NCBI GenBank assembly: GCA_965217775.1
Contig: CBDCJH010000002.1
Coordinates: forward strand, 1,216,001-1,280,000
Reading direction: 5' to 3'
Source of the DNA: Acidobacteriota bacterium
Lineage (GTDB): Bacteria > Acidobacteriota > UBA6911 > RPQK01 > JAJDTT01
DNA length: 64,000 nt
The position numbers and the translations under genes were made by a program. This document shows, piece by piece, positions 49,006 through 58,609 of this stretch. Each line of letters begins with the position of its first letter. Position 1 is the stretch's first letter. Below the pieces are notes generated by a model that saw only the letters and a program-made list of their open reading frames with translations, searched no databases and was not told the DNA's origin.

Positions 49006-50163
49006 TCACTGGGGCTTTCCCTGCAGGAAGTCTCCAGCATCGCGCTGCTTCTTTTCTCGGGCTTGCGTGTCCAGTTTCTGAAACAGCTCCAGTTCTCGTT
49101 GAGCTTCTTCCATCCGTCCGAGCTTCTTATAGATTTGGGCCAATTGATAGTGGGATTGCGGTTGGCTCGGATCCAAGGCGATCGCTCTCTGCAACGCCGC
49201 CACACCATCCTGTAGCCGTCCTTTGGCCGCGTAGGCAGCGGACAATGCGACGTAAGCATCAGGAATCTGATCATCTACGCGCGATACCGCCTCCAAATGC
49301 CGAATCGCCTGGTCGAACTCCTGGCGGTAGTTCTTGATGATTCCCAACTCGAGATTGACGATCGGATGGTGGGGATCGATCTTCCACTCCTTCTCCAGCG
49401 CCGGCTCCGCCTTGTCGTACTGTCCCAAACCAAAATAGAGATCGCCCAGGGCGAAGTTGACTCCGGGCGCGTTCGGATTCAGAGCGACCGCTTTCTCGTA
49501 TTCTTCGATGGCCTGGTTCAGACGTCCCTGGGTGGCATAAGCCTCCGCCAGAAGTTGGTGGGTACGAAAGGAATCCGGATCGATCTCTTCGATACGGGAG
49601 AAAGTCTCCTGGAATTTGTTGTACGAGGTCCTGGTCCGGTTCAAGTAAGCCTGGGCCAATGTCTGCAGTGCTTCCAGTTCCTGAGGATGTTTCTCGATGA
49701 CCGCTTCCAGGCGCTCGATACTCTTGCCGATCTGTTGCAGAGCCAAAAAACAGACCCCCAGATAGACTTGGGCCTTTACGTTTTCGGGATTCTGGGAAAT
49801 CGCTTGTTGGAATGACTCGATAGCCTTCTGATACTCATACAGGCTGTAGTAAGCGAGCCCCAGAAAGAAATGGGCATCGGGCAGCTTAGGGTCGAGTGTC
49901 AGGGCCTTCTCGATCGACTCGACGGCTTCCCCAAACCTCCCCTGAAACTGATAGATCAATCCCAATTTGGCATGAAGGGGCGGGAAATTGGGTTGGATCT
50001 CCAGCGCTGACCGATAGGCCTGTTCAGCGGTACTCCAGTCGCCACTTTCCTCGGCGCGAGCGGCACTCTGGAGGTATTCCTGAACCTCTGGAAGCATTTG
50101 GCCTGCCGTCGAGGTCGCCTGCCCCCCCAGCAATGTCAGAAGTAACAAACTATGAAGCACCAT
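49006..50163 (-). CDS. Secreted TPR protein B
   Basis: Signal peptide MVLHSLLLLTLLGG; ~9 TPRs; C-terminal HYQLAQIYKKLGR.EEA..EL..F..L. ORF extends to 50271. Confidence 0.83.
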   Translation of the reverse strand: MVLHSLLLLTLLGGQATSTAGQMLPEVQEYLQSAARAEESGDWSTAEQAYRSALEIQPNFPPLHAKLGLIYQFQGRFGEAVESIEKALTLDPKLPDAHFFLGLAYYSLYEYQKAIESFQQAISQNPENVKAQVYLGVCFLALQQIGKSIERLEAVIEKHPQELEALQTLAQAYLNRTRTSYNKFQETFSRIEEIDPDSFRTHQLLAEAYATQGRLNQAIEEYEKAVALNPNAPGVNFALGDLYFGLGQYDKAEPALEKEWKIDPHHPIVNLELGIIKNYRQEFDQAIRHLEAVSRVDDQIPDAYVALSAAYAAKGRLQDGVAALQRAIALDPSQPQSHYQLAQIYKKLGRMEEAQRELELFQKLDTQAREKKQRDAGDFLQGKPQ

Positions 50164-50286
50164 TATTAGGGAGACTCCCCAAGTATGAAGTGAAATGTCT
50201 GGCTGCTGATATCCTTTTTTCGATGCTGAATTAACAGTGAATCTCGAGGCCTCCGTACCCGGTGAGTTCAACTCGGCTTCTACAGG

Positions 50287-52758
50287 CTAGGGCTCCGTTA
50301 CATTCAATTCGGAACCGGCTGGTATGGGTCCAGGAAGTACTTGTTGCTTACCTGAGGGCCAAAGCACTTCAACTTTATCGACGTGTCTGGCCTCGCCGAG
50401 CCCAAAGTAAAGCGGATAGAGACTTTGCGAGAGGTAACCGGATTGGCCGTCCTGAACCTTGGTGTAGTTGGCTTTCCCAACCCGGACCGTGACCCGGGCG
50501 CCGAGCCCGTCGCGGTTCGACCGGGTACCGGTCAGATTGACTTTAAGGAAACGAATCTGCTTGCGATCGGCCAGATCACTGACGAGGACCAAGGGCTCGG
50601 AATTGAAATCGTTGGTCACAATGTCAAGGTCCCCGTCGTTATCCAGGTCGAAAATCACTGACGAACGAGAGCCCACGGCTCCCCAGGCCACGACACGGGT
50701 GACTCCGGCTCCCCGGGCCCTGACCTTCTTGACCAGTTCGTGGTCCTTGTCGACGCGGAGCGCGTCCAGTTCAAACCAGGGGGTGAGGGTTCGGCCGCCG
50801 CGCCTGGGTTCCACGCCCAAAATGAATTCGCTGTCGACGAATCCCTGCCCGCGGTCGTTGAGCAGCAGACTGTTGATGCCATAGCGATAGCCGTAGTTCA
50901 TGCAGGAAGTGATGAATGCATCTTCGAATCCGTCGGCGTTCAGGTCCCCCACACTCAATCCCCAGGGCCAATAATTCTCGGCATTGATTTGATCGGATAC
51001 TTCTTTGAAAGTGCCGTCTCCCCGGTTGCGAAAGAAGGCGTTTCCCCAGACATGATTTCCGTCAGTGGCCAACATCTGTTTCTCGGCGATCTCCTCGGGG
51101 AAGGGGATCTTCTCTTTCTCGCTGAACGGACCCAGATGCTTCCACATGTCCGTGTGCATGTCGGTCAGATAGAGGTCCAGTTGCCCGTCGTTGTCGAAGT
51201 CGAAGACCTTGATCCCCATGGTTCCCCACGGCGTCGCGGGAAACCGCTGGCGGCTCTTCTTCACGAATCTTCGACCTTCAATATTCTCGTAATACTGGTC
51301 ATGGCCCTGCATGTTGGCCAGATACAGATCGGGCCAGCCATCATTGTTGGCATCAAGCGGGCTGGCGTCTCCCGACCAACTCATATCCTTCAAGCCCACC
51401 TGGCCGGTGACGTCGACGAATCGGTTTCCGCCCTGGTTCTGAAAGAGGATGCTGGTCTCCGAGAGTGCAGCATCCAGGTGACGGTTGAAGGCGTCCGGGG
51501 TGGAACGATAGTAGGTATATGGGGAGCGATCCGCGCCCGTGAAGGAGTCATGGACGACCGTCCTGATTTCCTCCGTTGTATAGATGCCGACGTTCACCAG
51601 GAAAAGGTCCAGCCGGCCGTCCCGGTTGTAGTCGAAGAAAACCGCCGCCGAGGAGTGGCCCGTGTACCCGAGACCCGACTCGGCGCTGATGTCTTTGAAG
51701 ACTCCGCTCCCGTCGTTCTCGAACAACACATTACCGCCGCGAACGGTGGTGACGTAAAGGTCTGCGTCCCCGTCGTTGTCGATATCGGCAAAAGAAGCGG
51801 CCACGCCGATCCGTTCCCTGACACCGACCCCCGCCCGCTCCGTGATGTTCTCGAACTTGCCGCCGCCCCGGTTCTTCCAGAGTTCGTTGCTGCCGGCCTG
51901 GCTCACGAAGTAGATGTCGTGCCGCCCGTCGCCATCGACGTCGGCAATGGCGAGACCGTTTCCATGGTCGTAGTGGGCGAAGATAAAGGACCTTCCCGCA
52001 TCGTCGACGATCCGGTTGCGAAAAGCGATGCCCGACTCCCGGACCCGGTCCTCAAACGAAAAATCATGGAAGACTTGTATGTTGTCGGCTCCGTCAAGTT
52101 GGGCCTGCCGGCGTTCTTCCAGCCACGGGAAACCCTGCCACAGGAGACGTTCCTGCAGCGTCGTCAGGGCATCCCTCTTCAGGGCCTCTCTCTGGCCGGA
52201 TACCGTGCCGTCGTAGAACCCCCGGACATGCCCTTGCGGATCGACCAGCATCCATTTTCCGCCGTGCTCGTGCGCCGGCCCGGCGAACCCCGCGTGCACT
52301 TGACTTAGTACGTCTCGTGAGCCGGTGAGGAAGCTCCACTGCTCCCCGTCCACTCCGGCCGCGGTTGCGTAACTCCGAAGGACTTTGGGCGAGTCGTGCT
52401 CCGGATCGGCTGTGAGAGTCACTAGGCGAATATCAGCCCAGCCGGGACGTCTTCTGAGCTCTTTTTGGAGCTTTTCCAGCATGGCGGTTTGTGACGCCGC
52501 CCGTGGATCGTGGGTACGAACAACGTCGGCGATCCAAGCTTTTCCCAGCAGTTCGTGGGTCCCGAAAGGCCGGGAGAGGTGGTCGGTCAAGGAGAACTCG
52601 GGCAAACGGTGCAGTACGGGAGGCATATGGTCTTGCGGGCTGGTTCTTTCGTTTGTCGCCTGCCGCAGGTTCGGCGCAGACGAAGGAGCCGCCGCCAGGC
52701 CGAGCCAAGCCATCACCAATACGCTGGCTGCCGCAATTGCCGAATTTGGTGGGAACAT
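50287..52758 (-). CDS. SCO/SenC-like domain fused to CRTAC1/ASPIC-UnbV beta-propeller (protein C)
   Basis: LPEFSLTDH..RPF....L.GKAWIAD, T.DPEHDSP.VL..YA, WSFLTG, H....MLVDPQG.VRG.Y (SCO fold); then FG-GAP repeats and SGYLSQS..PLYFGLG...WPSG (ASPIC/UnbV). Confidence 0.85.
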   Translation of the reverse strand: MFPPNSAIAAASVLVMAWLGLAAAPSSAPNLRQATNERTSPQDHMPPVLHRLPEFSLTDHLSRPFGTHELLGKAWIADVVRTHDPRAASQTAMLEKLQKELRRRPGWADIRLVTLTADPEHDSPKVLRSYATAAGVDGEQWSFLTGSRDVLSQVHAGFAGPAHEHGGKWMLVDPQGHVRGFYDGTVSGQREALKRDALTTLQERLLWQGFPWLEERRQAQLDGADNIQVFHDFSFEDRVRESGIAFRNRIVDDAGRSFIFAHYDHGNGLAIADVDGDGRHDIYFVSQAGSNELWKNRGGGKFENITERAGVGVRERIGVAASFADIDNDGDADLYVTTVRGGNVLFENDGSGVFKDISAESGLGYTGHSSAAVFFDYNRDGRLDLFLVNVGIYTTEEIRTVVHDSFTGADRSPYTYYRSTPDAFNRHLDAALSETSILFQNQGGNRFVDVTGQVGLKDMSWSGDASPLDANNDGWPDLYLANMQGHDQYYENIEGRRFVKKSRQRFPATPWGTMGIKVFDFDNDGQLDLYLTDMHTDMWKHLGPFSEKEKIPFPEEIAEKQMLATDGNHVWGNAFFRNRGDGTFKEVSDQINAENYWPWGLSVGDLNADGFEDAFITSCMNYGYRYGINSLLLNDRGQGFVDSEFILGVEPRRGGRTLTPWFELDALRVDKDHELVKKVRARGAGVTRVVAWGAVGSRSSVIFDLDNDGDLDIVTNDFNSEPLVLVSDLADRKQIRFLKVNLTGTRSNRDGLGARVTVRVGKANYTKVQDGQSGYLSQSLYPLYFGLGEARHVDKVEVLWPSGKQQVLPGPIPAGSELNVTEP

Positions 52759-52924
52759 CGTTTCATCTACGGGGGTTCGGAGAACCGCTCCGTGACGGGG
52801 ATAGGATCTTCTTTTTTGGCGAGTCTGGCAAGGTCAATTGCTACGGGGCGAACCTTCATCCATAGCACCGGGACAGCCGTCAAGGAACAGCCTCTCGACT
52901 CCTCCCGGTGGTATTCTTCTGGGA

Positions 52925-54652
52925 ATGTTCCGGTTCGTGGCAAACGGCAGAATAGCCTTCCCGGTACCCGTCGGACTGTCCCTGGCTCTGGTTTTCCTGG
53001 GCGTGGCCGGTGTCCATTCCGTAGCGGAATCTGCCGGGCTTCAGGACCCTGACGCCAGAGAGCTGACCCCCATTCCTCATCCCGACCTCAATGCCGTGGA
53101 GCGGCTGATTCGGGAGCAACTCCAAGCAGAGCGATCCAGGTTGACGGCCAAGGTCTCCGCCGCCGAAGTTCCCGATTCGGCTCGAGCTGACGCTTTTGGA
53201 GGGCTGGGAAGGCTTTACCATGCCTACGATTTCACCGAAGCCGCCCGGGCCTGCTACCGGAATGCGCTCGTCCTGAAGCCCAAGGATTTTCGCTGGGCCT
53301 ATCTGCTGGGCCGCCTGTTGGAAAGCCAAGGGGACCTGAAGCAAGCCGTCGAGCACTACCGGCGAGCCGCCGCCATCGAGCCGGAAGATCTTCCGACACT
53401 GCTGCATCTGGCCCAGGCGCAACTGAACCTGAATCGTCCGGAGTTGGCCGAACCGCTTTTCAAGGAGGCCATCTCCCGAGACCCGTATCCATCGTCAGCT
53501 TCCGCGTTGGTGGGGTTGGGCAATATTTCCCTCTCGCGGAACGATCCTGAGGAGGCAATCGAATACTTCGAAACCGCCGTCTCGCTGCAACCGGAGGCCA
53601 ACAGCATCCACTATCCGTTGGCCATGTCCTACCGGCAGATCGGGGACCTGGAGAAGGCGCGGGAACATCTCAAGCAGCGCGGGACCAAGACCCCGGAATA
53701 CCCGGATCCGCTGATGGACGAGCTCCGAAAAGTCAGGACGGGCAAGCAGTTTTTTTGGAGTCAGGGCACCGTCGCGCTGAGCGAAGGAAGGTTTGCGGAC
53801 GCCGCCGAGGCCTTCCGTCAGATGGTGGCCGCCGATCCGGAGGAGCCGATCGCGCACATGGACCTGGGGACGGCGCTGCTGCAACTCGGAGATGTCGGCG
53901 GAGCCCTGGCCAGGTACCAGGAATCGCTCCGGCTCTCGCCGGGCAATCCCCGGCTTCACTACAACCTGGGGCTGGTTTACACCCTGCAGAAGGCCTATCC
54001 GAAGGCGCTCGAGCATTATCAGAATGCCGTCGAGCTGGATCCCGGATTCGAGAACGCCCATTTCAACGCGGCGAATCTATTGATGAGACTGGGGAACATG
54101 GCGCGGGCCGGGCGGCACTACGGTCGAGTGAATGAACTGAATCCCAGCCATGCCTTTGCCCGTTTCATGCAGGCCATGACGTTGGTGAAGCTGGGCCGCT
54201 ACCGGGAGGCGCGAACGCTTCTGGAATCGAGCCACCAGGCTCTGCCCGATGATGTCGATATCACCCACGCCCTGGCCCGTCTGCTGGCGGCTTCGCCCCA
54301 AAGCACCGCCGGCGATGGACGCCAGGCTTTGAAGCTGCTGGAGGGTGTCTTCAAGTCCCAGAACGAAGTGGCTTTCGAGCACTTTGAGACGCTGGCGATG
54401 GCTCTGGCAATGTCCGGACAAATCCATAGGGCCTTGCAGGTGCAGCAGGGAATGATGGACGAAGTCAGGCAAGCCGGACGTGCGGATCTGGCCGCGTTGC
54501 TCGAAGAGAATTTGGCGCGGTATCGAAGCGGTCAACCCTGCCGCACCCCCTGGAGGGACGACGATCCGGTGTTCTCTCCTGTCCCAGGGGATTTGGCGCC
54601 GCTCAAGTCAATCGGGGAAGGGTCCAACCCAAACTCGGTTCCTGGGAGTTGA
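52925..54652 (+). CDS. Secreted TPR protein C (paralog of TPR protein A)
   Basis: Signal/TM segment, PIPHPDL, DFRWAYLLG, IHYPLAMSYR, YPDPLM, C-terminal PCRTPWRDDDPVFSP. ORF extends to 52838. Confidence 0.85.
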   Translation: MFRFVANGRIAFPVPVGLSLALVFLGVAGVHSVAESAGLQDPDARELTPIPHPDLNAVERLIREQLQAERSRLTAKVSAAEVPDSARADAFGGLGRLYHAYDFTEAARACYRNALVLKPKDFRWAYLLGRLLESQGDLKQAVEHYRRAAAIEPEDLPTLLHLAQAQLNLNRPELAEPLFKEAISRDPYPSSASALVGLGNISLSRNDPEEAIEYFETAVSLQPEANSIHYPLAMSYRQIGDLEKAREHLKQRGTKTPEYPDPLMDELRKVRTGKQFFWSQGTVALSEGRFADAAEAFRQMVAADPEEPIAHMDLGTALLQLGDVGGALARYQESLRLSPGNPRLHYNLGLVYTLQKAYPKALEHYQNAVELDPGFENAHFNAANLLMRLGNMARAGRHYGRVNELNPSHAFARFMQAMTLVKLGRYREARTLLESSHQALPDDVDITHALARLLAASPQSTAGDGRQALKLLEGVFKSQNEVAFEHFETLAMALAMSGQIHRALQVQQGMMDEVRQAGRADLAALLEENLARYRSGQPCRTPWRDDDPVFSPVPGDLAPLKSIGEGSNPNSVPGS

Positions 54653-54709
54653 ATCGAACCCGTATCGCCGCTTTGACGTTGTGTGAGCGTGGGCCAGGCC
54701 GGATCGCCT

Positions 54710-56314
54710 CTACGATCCCTCCGGCGCCAGGGCATCAAATTGAACCAGCGTGAGGGAGAACGGCGGGCACGACAAAATCCACTCCCGGTCCTGTTCTCCG
54801 ACTTTCGCGGAGGCCGGCTCGATGCGATCGGGAACCTTGAAATCATTGATTTCCAGTGGCCCTGAAGCAGTCAGCACGGTGGCTGCGGTCTTCAACCGCC
54901 CGGCCCCCTCGAGGCGAAATCGGACGGACTGCTCGCGGCTCAGGTGGGGATTGATGATCGAGACGGTGAATTGACTCGAATCGCTCTTTTTGGAAGCTAC
55001 GATGTCCAGTTCCGGGAGCGAGCGGGTCCTGCCCTCGTCCTCGAACTGAAATTCGCCGATGGCTGCTTCCAACCCCATGACATCGGCGTTCATATGGTGT
55101 TTGAGCAGGTCGAAGACATGGTAGGTGGGAGTCCGAACCAGCTTGGGCCCCTTGGTCTTCAACACGTTGTGAATCACGTTGACGGATAGGGCCAAATGAG
55201 CCAAATGCAGGCGATTCGCCCGGCGCATGAACCCGTGCAGCATGCGCGCGGCCATGAGTGCGTCACGCATGGTGTCCGGCTGGACGAAGTCCTTGCCGGA
55301 CATGGAGATGGGAAAAGATTCAACGGGATCGATCTCCTTGTGCCAGGCGCCCCACTCGTCGAGCATGATGCCGATGTGTTTGCGCCCCCCGATCCAGCGG
55401 TCGATGGACCTGGCCGCCTCATCGATCACGTTCTTGCACTTCTCAACGTCGGCCAGCAGGGCGTAGGTGTCCGCGGCTTGGCTTTCGGCCGCCGCCGCCG
55501 GCTTCAAGTAGCACTGGAGCGAAATCAGGTCGAACAACTCGAGGCGGTCGCTCAGCGCTTTGAGCAGCCGGTCGACCCAGTCGCTGTGCGGCTCGCCATT
55601 GATGATGATTTTGGCGTCCCGGCCATACTGGCGCATGTAGAATCCGTAGCGGCGCACCTGGATCGCGTACAGTTCCGGCGTCCACTGGTAGCTGGTCTCA
55701 TTGCCGATGGTCCAGTACTTGACCCCGTAAGGCTCCGGGTGGCCGTTTTTCCGCCGCAGCTCGGCATACCGGGTGTCTGTAGTGCCATTGACGTATTCCA
55801 TCCAGGCGACGATCTCCCTGGGGTCGCCCATTCCAATATTGGTTTGGATGACCGGCTCGGCTCCGATGGCGGCGCACCACTGCAGGAATTCGTCGGTTCC
55901 AAAAAAATTGGGTTCAACCTCCTGCCAGAAGCTCAGGCTGCGGGGACGTTGCGATCGAGGTCCGATCCCGTCTTTCCAGTGGTAGGTGTCGGCGGCGGTC
56001 CCCCCCGGCCAGCGAAATGCGGGAGCCCGGAGTTGACGATAGGCTTCGATGGTGTCGAGCCGCATACCGCCGTCATTGGGGATGCTGGAATCCTCGCCAA
56101 CCCAGACGCCGTCGTAGATGGTCGCGCCGAGCAGCTCCACCATGTGACCGAAGATCCCGGGAGCGATCGTTCCCCGGCGCTCTTCCGGATGGATCTTCAC
56201 TGTCGTCTCGACCCCTATTTTAGGGCCGCCTGGAAGGTTGGACTCCTGCGCTTGGAGGGTGGCGAACGGTCCAACGGCCGTCGCGAGAATCAGAGGAAGA
56301 ACCGATCTTTCCAT
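54710..56314 (-). CDS. Alpha-L-arabinofuranosidase-like glycoside hydrolase, family GH51, secreted
   Basis: FGHMVE..G..IYDGVWVG, RWPGG..AD.YHW.DGIGP, FGTDEF, YW.IGNE (acid/base), LDEWG.WH (nucleophile), TPTYHVF. Confidence 0.9.
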   Translation of the reverse strand: MERSVLPLILATAVGPFATLQAQESNLPGGPKIGVETTVKIHPEERRGTIAPGIFGHMVELLGATIYDGVWVGEDSSIPNDGGMRLDTIEAYRQLRAPAFRWPGGTAADTYHWKDGIGPRSQRPRSLSFWQEVEPNFFGTDEFLQWCAAIGAEPVIQTNIGMGDPREIVAWMEYVNGTTDTRYAELRRKNGHPEPYGVKYWTIGNETSYQWTPELYAIQVRRYGFYMRQYGRDAKIIINGEPHSDWVDRLLKALSDRLELFDLISLQCYLKPAAAAESQAADTYALLADVEKCKNVIDEAARSIDRWIGGRKHIGIMLDEWGAWHKEIDPVESFPISMSGKDFVQPDTMRDALMAARMLHGFMRRANRLHLAHLALSVNVIHNVLKTKGPKLVRTPTYHVFDLLKHHMNADVMGLEAAIGEFQFEDEGRTRSLPELDIVASKKSDSSQFTVSIINPHLSREQSVRFRLEGAGRLKTAATVLTASGPLEINDFKVPDRIEPASAKVGEQDREWILSCPPFSLTLVQFDALAPEGS

Positions 56315-56489
56315 TGCTGCTGCCCACCTTCTACGTCTCAAATGTTTGACTCCGGTTCTCAGACTGCACGTTCTGTTGTACAGGAATGCATGTAACCACA
56401 ACCGGTCGTCAACAGCCCGTGGTGAAACTCGCGCGAGCACCGAGACCGTTCCTGCGCCGTCGTCGTGCCGCGCGGTGAGAAATTCGAGC

Positions 56490-56654
56490 TAGGAGCCTGC
56501 GCCGCAGAAATTGATCTACTGCGAAAGCGGTAGAATCGGTCCAGATTTCCCCGATTTCTCGGCGAATAGAACAACTATGCACCTCAAAATCGAGAAAATC
56601 TGGCCTCGATTCCCCACTTTCTCGCTACGATCATTTCTACGGCGCAGACTCCTA
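56490..56654. mobile_element. 165-bp MITE, copy 2
   Basis: Same length, orientation and TIRs as 36861..37025, with only a few substitutions. Confidence 0.85.
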
Positions 56655-57011
56655 TTGGATCCTGTTCCGGACCAGACAGTAGGCTACCAGGACCAAAGTC
56701 ATTCCCGCCACGTCCGCCAGCACGTCTCCAGCGGAGGCATCCCGGCTGGGAACGAAGGACTGATGGATTTCGTCGCTCACGGCGAAGAGCGTTCCCAGAA
56801 ACCAGAGCCAGAGGAGTTGGCGGGTTTTAATTCTTCGCCGAAGTCCTGAGCTTCGTCCCCAGACCAGAGTCACGGTCAGGAGTGCATATTCGATGACGTG
56901 CAGCAGGGGATTGAGACCCAATCCGGCTCCGGGAGGGTGGCTCTGATGAGACAGGTAGACGATCAGGCAGATGGTGGTGAGAGCCGGAATCCAGTGCAGG
57001 ACGGTCCCCAC
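56652..57011 (-). CDS. VanZ-family membrane protein
   Basis: W.P.....I.YLS, H..EYA.L, SDE.HQSFVP.R.....D..AD..G. Confidence 0.85.
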   Translation of the reverse strand: MGTVLHWIPALTTICLIVYLSHQSHPPGAGLGLNPLLHVIEYALLTVTLVWGRSSGLRRRIKTRQLLWLWFLGTLFAVSDEIHQSFVPSRDASAGDVLADVAGMTLVLVAYCLVRNRIQ

Positions 57012-57024
57012 GTCGACACCACCG

Positions 57025-57195
57025 TTACCAGGGGATCAGTTGCATCAGCCACACGGCCGCCAGCGACCCCAGGATGAGGTAGGCCGAGAGGGAGAGAAAA
57101 TAACGGACCCGCTCTCGCGTGTCCTCCTTGTTGATCATGGCGAACACGACGCCGATGCTCAATGCCAGCAAGACCAGCCCGAAGAGATGGTTCAT
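57025..57195 (-). CDS. Small two-TM membrane protein (56 aa)
   Basis: MNHLFGLVLLALSIGVVFAMI...AAVWLMQLIPW; ATGA overlap with the upstream gene. Confidence 0.65.
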   Translation of the reverse strand: MNHLFGLVLLALSIGVVFAMINKEDTRERVRYFLSLSAYLILGSLAAVWLMQLIPW

Positions 57196-57554
57196 CGGCG
57201 ATTCCCCGCCGCGATATCGTAGCTGTCCAGCACCATCAGCATGTTCAGCAACCCGGCCGTGTACAGGAACGTGTTGCCGTATTCGTACCCGAAGGAGTGG
57301 ATGTCGCCTGCTCCCCAACCGGCCCATTTTCCGAGGAGGTAGGGAAGTCCGATGCTCAGATCGGCGATGAATTTCAGCTTACCGAAGAAACCGGGTCCCA
57401 AGCCGAACAGGCGGCCGTCCATGGAGAGGCCGAACGCGAACAGAATCATCACCACAGAGAAGAAAAGCAATCCCCTGGCCCAGCGTCCCTGCAAGAAATG
57501 ACCCGAACCTGGAATCAGCCAGGCAGCCAGACAGAGGGCAATGTTCGTAGACAC
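57192..57554 (-). CDS. Conserved membrane protein, DUF6677-like
   Basis: AWLIPG.GH...GR..RG, YEYG..F...AGLLN.L..LD.YD. GTG start inferred; ORF extends to 57599. Confidence 0.7.
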   Translation of the reverse strand: MSTNIALCLAAWLIPGSGHFLQGRWARGLLFFSVVMILFAFGLSMDGRLFGLGPGFFGKLKFIADLSIGLPYLLGKWAGWGAGDIHSFGYEYGNTFLYTAGLLNMLMVLDSYDIAAGNRR

Positions 57555-57681
57555 GCGTGAAGAATAGAAAGAGTCGCCCGGGAGTTCAAGCCGCTGCATC
57601 CTATGCTGTCTCCCCGCCCGGCTAGAATGACGGAGACAAGACGCGGGGACTCACGTAGAATCCCCCGGTCGAGCGACGGAA

Positions 57682-58497
57682 ATGGAATATCTATTTGGGT
57701 TTCGCGATTGGCATCCGGTGCTTCAGGCCTTGGGAGCGACTGGATTCACCTGGTTCATGACCGCCCTCGGAGCGGCCCTCGTCTTCGCCGCCAAGGACCT
57801 GAACCGCAAGGTTCTGGACGGCATGCTGGGGTTCGCGGCAGGGGTCATGATCGCGGCCAGTTACTGGTCCCTTCTGGCTCCGGCCATCGAGCTTTCTGAA
57901 GGCGGGAGTCTGCCGTCCTGGTTTCCCGCAGCCACCGGATTTCTGGCCGGGGCCTCGTTTCTATGGTGCATCGACAAGGTGATGCCCCACCTGCATCTGG
58001 GCTTTCCCAAATCCGAATCGGAGGGAATCAAGACGACTTGGCACAGGACGAGCCTGTTGATATTGGCGATTACCATCCACAATATTCCGGAAGGTCTGGC
58101 CGTGGGCGTCGCGTTCGGATCACTCGGCGTCGATTCGACCATGACGTTTGGCTCTGCGGTGGCGCTCGCCATCGGAATCGGCCTGCAGAATATGCCGGAG
58201 GGGGTGGCCGTGGCCATGCCGTTGCGCCGGGAGAAGGTCTCCCGCTTGAAGTGTTTCTGGTACGGTCAGCTTTCGGCCGTGGTAGAGCCGGTGGCCGGTG
58301 TCCTGGGAGCCGTCCTGGTTTCTCTTTCGCGGCCTTTGCTGCCCTATGCCTTCGGTTTCGCTGCCGGAGCCATGATTTTTGTCGTGGTCGAGGAGGTGGT
58401 CCCCGAGTCCCAGAGGGCAGGTGACACGGATCTGGCCACCATGGGCGCCATCTTCGGATTTACCGTGATGATGATTCTGGACGTGGCTCTGGGCTGA
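57682..58497 (+). CDS. ZIP-family divalent metal transporter (GufA/ZupT-like)
   Basis: GFAAGVMIAAS.WSLL.P, IHNIPEGLAVG, QNMPEG.AV, FAAGAMIFVV.EE. Confidence 0.92.
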   Translation: MEYLFGFRDWHPVLQALGATGFTWFMTALGAALVFAAKDLNRKVLDGMLGFAAGVMIAASYWSLLAPAIELSEGGSLPSWFPAATGFLAGASFLWCIDKVMPHLHLGFPKSESEGIKTTWHRTSLLILAITIHNIPEGLAVGVAFGSLGVDSTMTFGSAVALAIGIGLQNMPEGVAVAMPLRREKVSRLKCFWYGQLSAVVEPVAGVLGAVLVSLSRPLLPYAFGFAAGAMIFVVVEEVVPESQRAGDTDLATMGAIFGFTVMMILDVALG

Positions 58498-58609
58498 CGT
58501 TCCGCATCGAAGGCGAAACTGGCGCGGTAGAGACCGGCGGCACCGGAAGGGATCATGGTTTCCGCGCAGTTCGGAAACGATCCCCCTGTGAATCCCGGCG
58601 TGGAGGAAC

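Noticed and set aside
35007-52758. Enediyne biosynthetic cassette suggested by the UnbV domains
   Set aside because: No PKS, thioesterase or UnbL/UnbU-like genes in the window; ASPIC/UnbV proteins are common outside such clusters.
57682-58497. ZIP transporter as copper supplier of the monooxygenase locus
   Set aside because: It is separated from the locus by the MITE and three unrelated membrane genes; proximity is the only evidence.
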